A stretch of 63,157 nucleotides of DNA, counting the filler, from Octopus bimaculoides (taxonomy: Eukaryota), in NCBI RefSeq assembly GCF_001194135.2. It is 9 parts of 7 records of this genome, joined end to end, with 100 filler letters (N's around TTAATTAATTAA, not from the genome) between each part and the next. Parts side by side here need not be neighbours in the genome. Positions count along the whole stretch, not along the records: positions 23,888 to 30,962 come from NC_068983.1; positions 31,063 to 38,219 come from NC_068993.1; positions 38,320 to 40,302 come from NW_026297100.1; 6 more parts are not named here. One strand, given 5' to 3'. A program made the translations under genes and the position numbers. The notes beneath the pieces were generated by a model. It saw nothing but the letters and a program-made list of their open reading frames with translations, searched no databases and had not been told where the DNA came from. Shown one piece after another: positions 26,881-39,606 of this stretch. The stretch's first letter is position 1; every line of letters begins with the position of its first letter.

Positions 26881-29291
26881 GAAGAAGTGGTCAAAAAGAA
26901 ACCAAATAAATTATCGGACACACAATAAAATGCCGTCACCAACGACGTTAAGGGTACATTTGTTTGTGCAGTAGTCAGCCACTTGCACATTAATTTCATG
27001 AGCAAGTTGTTCTGTTGATTGGATTGTCTGGAACACTTGCCATTGTACCTGATGGATTGCCGGTTATAAAGAGACAGGCACTTAAATGAAGTAGGTGCAG
27101 GCATGGCAGTGTGGTTAAGAACTTTGCTTCCCAACCATATGGTTTGGGGTTCAGCCCCTATGTGTGGCACTTTGGGCAAATGTTTCTGCCATAACTGCAG
27201 GCTGACCAAAATCCTGTGAGTGGAACTGGTAGACAGAAACTGTAAAAAAACCTGTCATACATGTGTGTGTGTGTGTGTGTGTGCATGTGTGCATGTGTTT
27301 GCATATGTGTGTGTGCACACATGCATGTGTATATATGTGTGTGTGTGTGTGTGTCTCCCTCTCTCATTCCTTTTCATATGAGCATTACCGTCATACAAGT
27401 CAGTGTGATACAAGTAGTGTCCTTTGTTTCAAATTTCCTGTGTAAGCATGTCCAGCCATGGGGAAATGTTACCTTATTCGGAATCAGGCAATGGTTGATG
27501 ACAAGAAAGAGGACATTCAACTGTAGAATATCTGTCTCAACAAATTCTCTCTTACCCATGCAGGCATAGAAAAGTGGATGTAAAAGCATTGGTGATGATG
27601 GGTGTATTTAGTTTAGCATACCACTATTTTTGTCAATATGCTGCCAGATCTTATATTTGCCCAGTTACCATGTGATTTGATGGTAATGGTAATGATGTAC
27701 ACTGATATTGTTGACCAATTCCACTTGTATGTTTATATTATTCCTGCACTTAGCAGACTGATGGCATTCTCAGTTTTCTTTTTATTAATGTATTCACAGT
27801 AAACACTTCACAGTGTTGATTTTGGTTTTCAGGAAATCATCTATCAGGATAAAATGCAATCTATTTACTTGTCTATTTATATTTCATTGCTTCAAATATT
27901 TGATACATTCTTTCCTAGCCTTCCTGAACATATGTTTCGATAAAAAAGCCTGCTAAATATTCACTTAAGATCTATTCAATGCAAACTTTATTAAGATATA
28001 TTCTCTGTAACTTGGAGACATGTTTTTAAATTCTGGTTTTAACTTCCATATATATTATGATTTTTCTGGAGCCTTTTTTTTTACAGTTGTTTTATCCTGT
28101 GAGTTTGTAGGAAACTATCCCCTTGCATAATGTATTCAACTGTTGTTGACAATTTGCTGCCTTGTCCTTGTTTAAAAATTACATCTGACAAATTATGCAC
28201 AAGTTAAAGCTAAATAAATACAAAACAAAATGCTACATGAATGTTTGAAGGTGAAAGCTGTCTACTTCAATAAAAGCCATCACCAAACCATTGAGAACCT
28301 AAGATGATTAATATGACGTTGCAAGGAAAATCATTCTTCTTGTGTAAACAGCTAAGCGTGATCCAAGAATAAAAATGTCACTGTCAAATGCAAACATTTT
28401 CTATGAAAGTGAATAAATATATAAAAATTATATACAAAAAAACTCCCCCGAAAAAAAACAAAGAACAAAACAAAAAGAATTAAGGCAAAGAAGATTAATA
28501 AATTTATGGATAATTTTTATTTACTAATTTAGTGAGAACGTTCAAACTGTCTTTTAATATAGCAATTCTTGTTTCCCTATATTTTAAAGTGTGCTTTATT
28601 TTAATGTTTTTGTATCTATATTTTCTACCATGCCAACATGGGTTTTGTTTTTATTCAATTTCAATATGTCCTGTTTAGTTTTGTTCATAAAGTTTAGATT
28701 TCCTTCCACATTCAATTTAATGTGCAATTTTCCTGTTAATACAGGCTGAGTCGATCATCAGATTCAAATATTTGCTTATTTTATTTGTGTTTGAGTTTCG
28801 GATAATCTCACTCTATGGCACAAGAGTAAACAATAGAACATTGGTTATTACTGGTCTGTCAAGCTTAATCCCTCTGCACAGTCGGTGAGAATTAATTGTG
28901 TTAAAAAAACTCATTTTATGGCCTTGGAATATATTCATTGAAGAAAGCTTTAATATGATTTGAACTTGAAACTATGAACTGAGAGAAAGAAAAGAAATGT
29001 TGTTATGGAGACCATCTAATGTAGTTGCCTTAGTTTTATGTCTCTAAATTAGTGGCAGCCATTGTATTCACCATCGTTTTATCTTTTTATCTTTTACTTG
29101 TTTCAGCTGTTAGACTGTGGCCACGCTGGGGCACTGCCTTGAAGAATTTTTAGACAGATGAATCAACGCCAGTACTAGTTTTTTTTTTATAGGCTGGTAC
29201 TTATTCTAGCTGTCTCATTTGCTGAACTGCTAAGTTAAGGGATGTAAACACACTAACACCAGTTGTCAAGCAAAAGTGGGGGACAAACACA

Positions 29292-29339
<48 letters not shown>

Positions 29340-29973
29340 GGCAGACTGGGTCTGAAAATATTGTTTGCCAGGAAACTAAGGGGGGCCCACTCGCAACTAC
29401 AAGGGGGTCCACCCACAACTACAATGCTACCATTTAATTTAATTTTTTCTGTTAAAAGTATTCTTTTCAACTGTCTACAAACACAGCCAGGCTGAAATAA
29501 TTAATGCATTCTTCCAGGAGTAAATAAAAAATTCTCAAACTTGAGGGGATGGATCCCTTAGATACTAACATGAGCACCCTCATATATGGATTCTTCTTAT
29601 TGTTTAATGAAATTTCGTTAAACTATTTCTCTGTCATTTATGACTTTATATATACATGTGTGAGTGTGTGTGTGTTTGTGTGAGTGTGTGTATGTGTTTG
29701 TTTGTGTGTGTGTGTGTATCAGTTTTCTGTTTATTTCTCTTTCTGACAAAGTATAAATTTTGTGTTTATTTATTGTCATTTTAAACCATTATCAGGCAAT
29801 ATTGAAAGACAGTTTCATTTTGATTGAGATTCCCTTTATCTCTCTCTTTACCTATTTCTTGCTTTCTCTTTTGAAAGATGTGCTTGAAAGCATTCCTTGC
29901 TTTACTTTATTTCATTTTGTTTGCCATAAAGGCATTTCCTTGCTTTCCTTTATCACTCTCAACTCTCTTGCAG

Positions 29974-30070
29974 CTCCTTCTCCATGTATGGCAAAGAAGA
30001 GGTATATGATGTGTTGGTTGTTGCTGACTGGGGCCAGAAGCTTTCATTCTATCAACTTTCTGGAAAACAG
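29974..30070 (+). CDS. IFT122: Internal coding exon of intraflagellar transport protein 122 (IFT-A WD40 subunit, WDR10)
   Basis: Polypyrimidine tract plus CAG acceptor (29971-73) and GT donor (30071). Phase-2 translation [32 protein letters not shown] closely matches vertebrate IFT122 [25 protein letters not shown], ending at the same Q. The exact acceptor is less certain than the gene identity. Confidence 0.92.
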
Positions 30071-30127
30071 GTACTTTCTATATTTTATACTTTTGCTTTG
30101 TGTGTGTGTGTCTCTCTCTCTCTTTTT

Positions 30128-30545
30128 TTACTCTTTTACTTGTTTCAGTCATTTGACTGTGGCCATGCTGGAGCATCACCTTTAGTCGAAGAAATCGACC
30201 CCAGGATTTATTCTTTGTAAGCCTAGTACTTATTCTATCAGTCCCTTTTGCCGAGCCGCTAAGTTACGGGGACGTAAACACACCAGCATCGGTTGTCAAG
30301 TGATGTTGGGGGTGGGGGGACAAACACAGACACACAAACACATACACACACACATACATATATATATATACACATATATACGACGGGCTTCTTTCAGTTT
30401 CCATCTACCAAATCCACTCACAAGGCTTTGGTCAGGCCAAGGTTATAGTAGAAGACACTTGCCCAAGGTGCCACGCAGTGGGACTGAACCTGGAACCATG
30501 TGGTTGGTAAGCAAGCTACTTACCACACAGCCACTCCTATGCCTA
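30128..30545 (-). mobile_element. Full-length SINE family A in the IFT122 intron
   Basis: tRNA-like head at 30545, internal (TA/CA) tract, (AGTAAA)-type tail. Confidence 0.85.
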
Positions 30546-30962
30546 TGTGTATTTTTGAAGATGGCAACCCTGAGGTCTTTTTCCTGAAGTGAGCTCACTG
30601 AATAAGACTTGGTGTGGGAACCTTGACTCTTCCATTCTTGCTACATGTCCTGACCATTGAAGATGGTGTTTCATGATCAACGATTAGAAACATTGACTGT
30701 TAGCTCTTTCTAGGACTTTGTTGTTGGTCACATAGTGTTCTCACACACACACATACACACACATGCACACGCATGCACATACATATACATACATATACAC
30801 ACACAACATGAAATAAAGTGTTGCATTCAAAAACACATCTCACCACCCAGTCAGGGAATTGAACTCACAATCTTGTAATCTCCTAACCACTTCGCTACAT
30901 GCCTCCATTCTATGTACATAGTGTAGTTAAGATGCTGAATGTATACTGTTTATGATATTTAC

Positions 30963-31062
30963 NNNNNNNNNNNNNNNNNNNNNNNNNNNNNNNNNNNNNN
31001 NNNNNNTTAATTAATTAANNNNNNNNNNNNNNNNNNNNNNNNNNNNNNNNNNNNNNNNNNNN
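30963..31062. other. Artificial concatenation linker
   Basis: N44-TTAATTAATTAA-N44. Confidence 0.95.
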
Positions 31063-31345
31063 ACGAAATACCGCTAAGCATTAGGAATCTAATAACCTAT
31101 TCTAACATAAGGAATATCTTTAGAGTGGCGAGCTGGCAGAATCGTTACCATGGTGGACGAAATGCTTAGTGGCATTTCTTCCGCCGCTACGTTCTGAGTT
31201 CAAATTCCGCTGAGGTTGACTTTGCCTTTCATCCTTTCGGGGTCGGTAAAATAAGTACCAGTTGAGCGCTGGAGTCGATGCTATCGACTTAGTCTCTCAC
31301 CCGAAATTGCTGGCCTTGTGCCAAAATTCGAAACCAATATAAGTT

Positions 31346-32135
31346 GGCGAGCTGGCAGAATCGTTACAGCGCCGGGTAAAATGCTTCGCGGCATTTCTTC
31401 TGATTCTACGTTTCGAGTTCAAATGCCACGGATCTTTTTTAAAACGGGGGCCACATTTTTCATTAACGAAACACTTTGAAACTTGGAACACTGGTAGAAT
31501 GTGTCATATAAAACATCTTTTTCTCTTAGTCTTCTTTAAAAAAAAAGAAATCCATAAGTTATTCCATGTTAAAGTTGTCGTATTTCTGTAATTTCAACCA
31601 ATCACTGACGTCCATTCAGCCGATATACATTAAGTGCCGACTACATAAACAAACGATTCTGAAACAATTAACCCTAACCCTAACCCTAACCCTAGGGTTA
31701 GGGTTAGGGTTAAAGCAAATTTAAAATGAAAAAAAGCAAATAAAACGAAGGTATGGAGATTAAATACGCTTTACATCGCTTAATCAGCCAAAGGAGTAAA
31801 TATAAACAACTGAATACTTGTCAGTGATTGGTTGAAATTATCGAAATAAGACAATTTTTTACATGAAATAAATTCGAATACAAAAATATTTTTCTGTTCT
31901 ATAACACAAAATAGATAAGTATACGAAGTTTGAAAGTCTTTCCGTACCAAAAACACTACGTTAAACATTAATGAAAAATGTGGCCCCCGTTTTAAAATAG
32001 ATCCAATGCCACTAAGGTCGACTTTACTTTTCATCCTTTCAGAGTCGATAAAATATGTACCAGTTGAACACTGGTGTCGATGTAAGCGACTTAACTCCTA
32101 CTACGAAATTGCTGGCTTAGTACCAAAATTTAAAA
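31346..32135 (+). mobile_element. SINE family B interrupted by a MITE
   Basis: The head ends at GAGTTCAAATGCCAC (31429) and resumes at TAAGGTCGACTTTAC (32013). Confidence 0.8.
31430..32004. mobile_element. Non-autonomous DNA transposon (MITE): 39-bp TIRs starting GGATCT, 8-bp TSD, telomeric-repeat core; Merlin-like termini
   Basis: TIRs 31430-31468 and 31966-32004 (2 mismatches); TSD AATGCCAC at 31422-29 and 32005-12; inner inverted repeat near 31589-31610 and 31819-31842. The superfamily is inferred from GG..CC ends plus the 8-bp TSD. Confidence 0.85.
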
Positions 32136-32695
32136 TCAACATAAATTATCTGGGTTGTCTTTTGACAAGATACGTCAGATTTAATTCAATGGCATTTTCT
32201 GATGGTGTGAACTAGTTCCCTTCTATGAAAGGTTCTGTGTAAAAATCATAGAAAATCACACGGCTCTTATTAGTCGTTGATTTTATTTACAGTTAAGTAC
32301 CTACTTCTCATACAAATATACAGTACATCACCTTTGTCGATTTCATCATTAACCTTCGTATTCTCAACATTCTTAAAGTAGCAACAATAAGAGAGATTCC
32401 AAAGCACAAAGGAATATCTATTTATTCTTTTTCGCAGCTGATGAACAAAAGTCTTGTTTGTTACAGGATATCAATGGTTCAATCACAGAGTCCAGGGCGT
32501 TTCTAGTGGCAAGGGTAACAAAGGAATAGGGAATATTCGTAACTTAACGGAAAGTGAATATCAGAAGAGTTTCGTCTGCACCGATTTTTCCTTCCGATAT
32601 ACATCGGTGAAAGATATGCAGAAACAAACAAACCAGCAAACATACATACATACATACATACATACATACATACATACATACATACATACATACTC

Positions 32696-33118
32696 GGCGC
32701 AGGCGTGGCTGTGTGGTAAGAAACTTCTCAACCACTTGGTTTCAGGATCAGTCCCACTGCGCGGCACCTTGGGCAAGTGTCTTCTACTATAGCTTCGGGC
32801 CGACCAAAGCCTTGTGAGTAGATTTGGTAGACAGAAACTGAAAGAAACCTGTCGTATATATATCTGTGTGTGTGTGTGTGTGTGTGTGTGTCAGAGTGTC
32901 TGTGAATGTCCCCCCACCACCATCATCGCTTGACAACCGATGTTGGTGTGTTTACGTCCCAGTAACTTGGCAGTTCGGCAAAACAGACCGATAGAATAAG
33001 TATTAGGCTTACAAAGAATAAGTTCTGGAGTCAATTTCTTCGACTAAAAAATCCTTCAAGACGATACTCCAAGATGGCCGCGGTCAAATAAGTGAAATAA
33101 GTAAAAGAATAAAAGAAT
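32696..33118 (+). mobile_element. Full-length SINE family A
   Basis: Same structure as 30128-30545; CpGs retained. Confidence 0.85.
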
Positions 33119-33239
33119 ACAAGCATGCACGCACATACATACACACATACATATATATACATACACACGCACATACATACGTATATACTTACACTCCCAT
33201 ACATACATACAATACACTCACATACAAGTATGATTGCCT

Positions 33240-33400
33240 CGTCTTCCCAGATGACTGCTATCTCTCTGAGTTTCTTCGTTGTCAATGGCATTTCTGACCT
33301 TCCGTCAATGACCTCTCAGATAACTAGTCAAGCCCGCTGCAGATTTGCATTGTTTGAAGCATAGGTGACAGACGTGAGTTCTAACTTGCACAGGATTGAT
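33240..33400 (-). mobile_element. RTE LINE extreme 3' end (C2H2-like knuckle)
   Basis: HVCHLCFKQCKSAAGLTSYLRGH on the minus strand. Confidence 0.65.
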
Positions 33401-33515
33401 GGGATCACTTTGTGATATACAACGTAACAGAAAAAAAAGGGAACCAGCCAATACAGAAAGGAATGTGATACGACTATCACATATATACTTGCGTGGAGGT
33501 GCAATAGCACTCCAC

Positions 33516-33759
33516 CCTTAACGTAGTTCTCGGGTAGATTCAAGGCTGACCCTTTGAATTACAGGTACAACAGAAACAGGAAGTAAGAGTGAGAGAAAGT
33601 TGTGGTGAAAGAGTACAGCAGTGTTCGCCACCATCCCCTGCCGTGGAACTTTAGGTGTTTTCGCTCAATAAACACTCACAACGCCCCGTCTGGGAATCGA
33701 AACCGCGATCCTATGACCGCGAATCCGCTGCCCTAACCACTGGACCATTGCGCCTCCAT
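33516..33759 (-). mobile_element. SINE family C, 5' portion
   Basis: Reverse complement of 51531 onward. Confidence 0.8.
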
Positions 33760-34293
33760 ACATTCACGATAATATGTAAATATATAATATAATTTTTACA
33801 CTTTTCAAAGTCATCTCGCGGGCCGGATGAAACCCTGCAGCGGGCCGTATGTTTGATACACCTGGACAAGATCCTTCTCTTCTGAGAAATATTGGCCATG
33901 TGCCAAAATATGAGAGAATATATTCTATTAGTTTGATAAATCAATGCAGCTGTGACTTGCAATACAGTTTTCAATATTGATCGTGATAAATAATGCATAC
34001 GATATGAGACATTGGGTTTAATCTTTAAAGAATAATGATAATACACAAGCGAAAAAGATGTCATCGAGATGAAGACAAAGAAGACAGGTTTCAACAAGTT
34101 TGTTGGTGAGTTTTACAAACAAACACACACACACACACACACGCACACACACACATGCATGCATACACACATATACGCACACGCTCTCTTTCACACACAC
34201 AGACGCACGCACACATACATACATACACACATATACGCATACACTCGCTCTCTTTCACACATACACACACACGCACGCACATATATGCACAAA

Positions 34294-35153
34294 TCTTACT
34301 ATAATGAGCGTTATGTTCATCCGTCTGTCTGTCCATCCGTCTGTCTGTCCGTCAGTCAGTCTGTTCCCTTTTCACGATCAAACAGCTGGACCAATGGTCA
34401 CGATGTTTTTCGGGATTACGAAGGAGGTAATCAGAATAGTCTTTAGCGAAAAAAAATGTGAAAAAGTATAATTATTTAGTGGATATCAAGTTTTGTATAA
34501 ATAAATCACCTTTGATTCTTTTTGTTAAAATTCCGGTGACGAGGATTAACTCTGAATTTATCCCCCACCCCCACGCCACCCCGTATATAGTTTGTGAATT
34601 TAGAGGATTTAGATTTGCGATATTATTCCTTTATTTCCCATCGTAGAAGAGCAGATTTGCAATCTTACTATAATGAACGTTATGTTCGTTTGTCCGTCTC
34701 TTTATCTTTTCCCTCTTCATGTCCATGGTTACGATATTTTTCGGGAATACAAAGACGGTCGTCAGGAAGGGTTTTAGCATTAAAAAAAAATCAGAAAATA
34801 CGATTATTTCCTATGTATCGATTTTTGAATTGATAAACCACCTTCGCATTTTTATTAAAAATTCAACGACCACGAGTAACTCTGGATTTTCATCGTATAG
34901 CTTGTGGCCCCGTCGTAGATACGAAAGGGGTCACGAGGACGGTTAATAGCGAAAATAAAATGGGAAAAGTGTGTCAGTATATTGTGTGTATGATTATTTA
35001 GTGGATATTGAAGTGAGTAAGTCTCGAGCAGGATTCGAAACGGCTAATCGAAGTGGCTGTTGTTTACATCTCAATTTTGTCAATCAAAATAACCCATGGT
35101 ACCAGAACATCCAGATATTATTCACATAGAACAGTGAGAGGAAAGTCTTAGCT

Positions 35154-35193
<40 letters not shown>

Positions 35194-35690
35194 AATCCTA
35201 AAGATCCGCTCGTGCATTTACAACAAACAAGGTACAGGGCCAGTTTTTTGATCGTCTGCGTGTATTTTTATCCACTCCGATGTTTACACATGGCCAGTTA
35301 TACGTCGCTATAAGTAGAGCAACGAACTCCAGTAATTTGAAAATTAGTGTCGACCAAACAGAAAATATCGTCTACAAAGAAGTTTTATAATTATATTCAT
35401 ATTAGCGAAAGGAATATGATTCGTAATTTAAATAAGGAAATTTGTGAACTTTGAATGTATAAACAAGCGTAAAATAGTGTAAACAACTAAAATAAAAGTA
35501 TATCTAAATAACATTTTTTTCCGTAATACTTTTTATGTAGTGGTCGCAGGAAGCTCTGGCTTTCGTTAGGAGTAGTTCACATAACCATTCATGATACAAA
35601 GGCTGGGAGCCTATTTCAATTCGGGAGTGAATCGTCATCACTTGTCACTTAGTCGCAAACATGTCATATAGCTGCAATAGAATGCTGTAT
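34294..35690 (+). mobile_element. Non-autonomous Helitron: two 5' termini plus Pif1-like helicase C-terminal remnant
   Basis: A|TCTTACTATAAT starts at 34294 and 34663, the first followed by (CTGT)-type repeats; AFTTNKVQGQFFDRLRVFLSTPMFTHGQLYVAISRA..ENIVYKEVL* at about 35213-35390 (SF1 helicase motifs V and VI). Confidence 0.8.
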
Positions 35691-37904
35691 CACCAACAAT
35701 AATGTGATTTCTCTGAGATATCACCCAGTAATCTATCAAGTCCATTTACGCATTTCTCAATACACCGCTGTTATGATTTACCTCTCTCATTTTATGCCTC
35801 CATCGTAGATGGGTATATCTGCTAGTATTAACAATTAATGCTTTGCGAGTCAACGAGAGAACCTTTGCCGTAGTCCCTCGACCTACAAGAAGCAGAAACT
35901 AAATCTCCCACGAATCAAACGCAGCTCACCTTAGAGAAGAATATATTGCATAGTATAGCATAGCACTGACTCCCTTTCACATAAGAATAAAATGAGATGG
36001 TCACGGCTAGAATGTGCATTTGATTATATAGGTTCGCTGTCCTGAAGGCTAACAACAACACTCGGACTTTTTCAGTTTGGCTGCCAAGTTACGAAAATTC
36101 AGAGTTTATTGAATTTTAAAATTTGGTACATATCAGGAGATATTTCACTTTTTCCAGATTTTTTTTTTTTTGTCTTTTTAAGTTATAGAGTTGTAAAGTT
36201 TGATAATGTTCACTCAGTCAGAAGCCAAGATTTGGAAGCTGTCGCTTTGCGCGTGTCAACAAGTGTTGTCAACTGTAATCAAATGAAATACAGACGGGAT
36301 TCTGTTTTAAGCATGCCAAATAACCCATCATGAATTTTTCATTTTTTGGAATTTTCAGAGAATCTTGACGAATGTGTATTCTACACACAGGAATTCATAC
36401 GATTATGTAAAAACCAAAACAGTGCGTGATTTAAGGCCTATTTAGCTATTATTTTTAACATGTCTCATCACCACCTCAGTTAATAGTATATATTTGTCAA
36501 CACGTGCTTTCTCGCAGACAAAAAAGTTCTCATGTTTGGCTTGTTACTTAGGTAACAGGCTTGAATGTGTCTGTGACTAACGATTGGCTAAAATTATCAA
36601 AAATTTGCAAATTTTAAAAGCTATTAACTCTTTATTGATTTATGGCGAAAATGAATTTCAAGACATTGATTAGCAGATAAAACTATTATCATTACACCGA
36701 ATATGAAATCAATTCGAACAGGATTTGAAGAGATTGAAAATTAGCAGCTAAACAGAAATGATTAACAAATTCCAAGAAGAAGAAAAAGGAGGAGGAGGAG
36801 GAGGATAAAATAATAATAAGAAGAAGAAGAAGAAGAACAACAACAACAGCAGCAGCAGCAGCAAGTACTATGTTTACTTCTGCTTATTCGCATATGTTCA
36901 CGATCGATCTAACGATCGTGGTTTCGATTCCTGCACCCAGTGACACGTTGCGTTCGCTCTTTTTTTTTGTTTTTTTTTTTGTCTTTTCTGTTTGGATCTT
37001 TGCGGTTTTACAGAACACTTCATTTTTCGTTGCTCCAGTCCCACCCAGCTGCAAAAATGGCTAACCTTGCGACGGACTGACCTTCTGATGTGAGGTGGGG
37101 GTGGGGCGAGATATGGAGAACGTTGGTCTGCTCGTCTAGTCAGCGACATGGCATCATCGCAAGCTAAAACGATGCAAAGCACATTGTCTCCAACATCCGA
37201 TAGTCCGATCAATCACGTGATCAATCATGTGATCACGTGATCTTCGTTCTCAATTCAAATCGTGCCATGGCCAACTTTGCTTTCTATCCTTTCGGCGTCG
37301 CTGAAATAACGTACCAGTCAACTACTGGCATCGATGATATCGATTAACAACCAACCATTCCACCCCCACCCCCCACTCCGCAACAATTCCCAGGTTTTGC
37401 GTCTGTCCAAGACATAAGTCCTGGTAGTCCTGTCTCACCTTCGTCCGAGTTTAGGGAGTCAGAAAGACGACAGGTTTCTAAAGGAAAGTGGGGTGTAAAA
37501 GAGGATGTAGAGAAAGAGTAAAAGACAGAGAGAGAGGGGGAGGGAAGACAGAGATAGAGACAGAGACAGAGAGAGGGAGTAAAGAGAGTGAGATGGTAGT
37601 AATTGTGCATGAGTGTAAGGATTATGGGGAGAAAATGTTAAACGTCGTCTAAGAGAGAGAGGGAGTGAATGAGAGAGGGGGAGAGGGAGTGAGAGAGAGA
37701 GAGAGGGAGAGGGAGAGAGAGAGAGAGAGAGAGAGGCAAAGAGTCGGGGAAGTAAAAGAGGAGTAGGAGGAGGAGAAGGGGGAAGGCTGATGTCAGAAGT
37801 CAAGAGGTCAGAAATCAAAACTGGAAACAATAGAAAAAGCACTTAGAGGACCAAGGAGTGTGTATGTGTGTGTATGTATGTGTGTATGTATGTGTGTATG
37901 TATC

Positions 37905-37946
<42 letters not shown>

Positions 37947-38156
37947 TGTGTGTGGAATACGTGCATTTTTGTGTATGCGCATATATATATGGTCCATGTG
38001 CGTATATTTGTGAATATGTATGTTCTTATTCTGTTTTGTGTATGTATGTATGTATGCAAGCATTCGCATATGTACAAGTGTATGTGTGTACAAATGTGTA
38101 TGTCTACGCATCCGCATGTGCATTTGCCTATGTCCATGTGTATGTGTGTGTATGTC

Positions 38157-38219
<63 letters not shown>

Positions 38220-38319
38220 NNNNNNNNNNNNNNNNNNNNNNNNNNNNNNNNNNNNNNNNNNNNTTAATTAATTAANNNNNNNNNNNNNNNNNNNNNNNNN
38301 NNNNNNNNNNNNNNNNNNN
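38220..38319. other. Artificial concatenation linker
   Basis: N44-TTAATTAATTAA-N44. Confidence 0.95.
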
Positions 38320-38470
38320 AGCAGTGATAGCGGCAGCGTTCGTAGCAAGGCGAGTCGCCCGTTGTTCCAAACGTTTGGAAGACCTTGAAGCAGCAGTAGC
38401 AGCAGCGTTTGTAGCCAGGCGCGTCGCCGTTTTTTCCGGGCCCTCTGTAGCTCTGGAAGTAGCAGTACAT
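38320..38470 (-). mobile_element. 23-aa (STPR-like) repeat ORF fragment, probably a Helitron Rep/helicase N-terminus
   Basis: PEKTATRLATNAAATAASRSSKRLEQRATRLATNAAAITA; 69-bp period; differences between the two repeat cores are synonymous. Confidence 0.6.
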
Positions 38471-39109
38471 GAAGCCAAGAATATTAATTGCGATTGTTTA
38501 ATCGAAGAAATTTTGAATTGTGTAAATGTATGAATTTTAAACATACACACACACAGAGTAGATTTGCCTTTTATAGTATAGATGAAAGGATGAGAGGCAA
38601 AGCTGACAGTGGCAGAATTTGAGCCCAGAACACGAAGAGAAATCAAATGGTGCTAAGCATTTTGCACGACATGCTAATGATTCTACCAGCTCGCCGACTT
38701 AATATTTCTTTGTGATAATGGCCTATATATATATGGAATTTTTTGGTGTGGTCGTTTTGGGATGAAATGGTTCTATAAAGCCCATGGCTTTATAGAACCT
38801 ATTGTGGATGGATTCCGACCACCCACCAAGTGAGTAAAAGGTGGACTGACTCATTGTTATAAAACAAAGAACTGTGTGCGATTTGCAGGCAGAGTCGATA
38901 TGCAGTTCACTGTGAGTCTTTGACATAGAGCGGCGAGTTTCGTGCAATAGTAATGGTAGTATGTCGTGTTTATATTTTCTTCCTCCATGCTTCGTTATAT
39001 TATATATCAAATACAAGGATATAAAAGTGGCGATGAGTTGTTCGAAGCTTGCAATAAATGTTTGAATTTTTTTTTTTTTGGTACGAGAACTTATTGGCTT
39101 CCTTGGTGC

Positions 39110-39606
39110 AGTTGTAACAACAGTTACAGCAGCAATTACTGTCACAAAACAACAGTTTCTGGAATTAATGAAGGAGTCTGAAAATAATTCAACTTCGTAC
39201 TCGCCAGACAGCGTAGCAAACTCAATTGAAGAATTCAGCTATAATCCAGAAGGGATTACCTTCTCTGCATATTTTCGTAAATACAAAGGAATCTTCAAAG
39301 AAGAATGTAAAAGGTAATCGGACGAGACTACTTATGAGAAAGTTATCCCCTGCCGAACACGGAAAATATAGTAATTATATTCTGCTGAAGAAGCCAGGTA
39401 AGATTTGGTTCGATGTAACAAAATTTTATCGCAAATTTCCAGTGAAAGAAGTTCCCTGTTCAATACTCACTGGTAATGTTTAAATTTGATCAAAAGAGAT
39501 GAAGATTTCGTCACCTATGCCGAATTAGTTAACAAAGCGTGTGAGAAATTCAAATTGAATGAGTTAACCCCGGACATGTTCAAGTCTTTGATTTTTGTTC
39601 AAGGGT
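39110..39606 (+). mobile_element. Ty3/Gypsy gag fragment (degenerate)
   Basis: DSVANSIEEFSYNPEGITFSAYFRKY / LLMRKLSPAEHGKYSNYIL / DFVTYAELVNKACEKFKLNELTPDMFKSLIFVQG, typical of invertebrate Gypsy (K02A2.6-like) gag; frameshifted. Confidence 0.75.

Noticed and set aside
28828-28884. YWSVKLNPSAQS followed by GTGAGA, resembling the preceding IFT122 exon (WSICWNPS)
   Set aside because: Weak acceptor, no EKVKIERPG-like upstream motif, and a phase-0 donor incompatible with the phase-2 exon at 29974.
32430-32620. Acceptor-like TTACAG and open frame GYQWFNHRVQG...; CTGATGA at about 32438
   Set aside because: No protein similarity or donor site; no GAAA after stem II, so not a hammerhead.
37205-37245. 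Tandem GATCACGTGATC E-box-like palindromes
   Set aside because: They lie at the tail of a SINE-like repeat, with no independent evidence of regulatory function.
38710-39090. Possible LTR and primer-binding site (TGGTACGAG) upstream of the gag fragment
   Set aside because: No CA terminus before TGG, no second LTR, and no tRNA match that I can verify.
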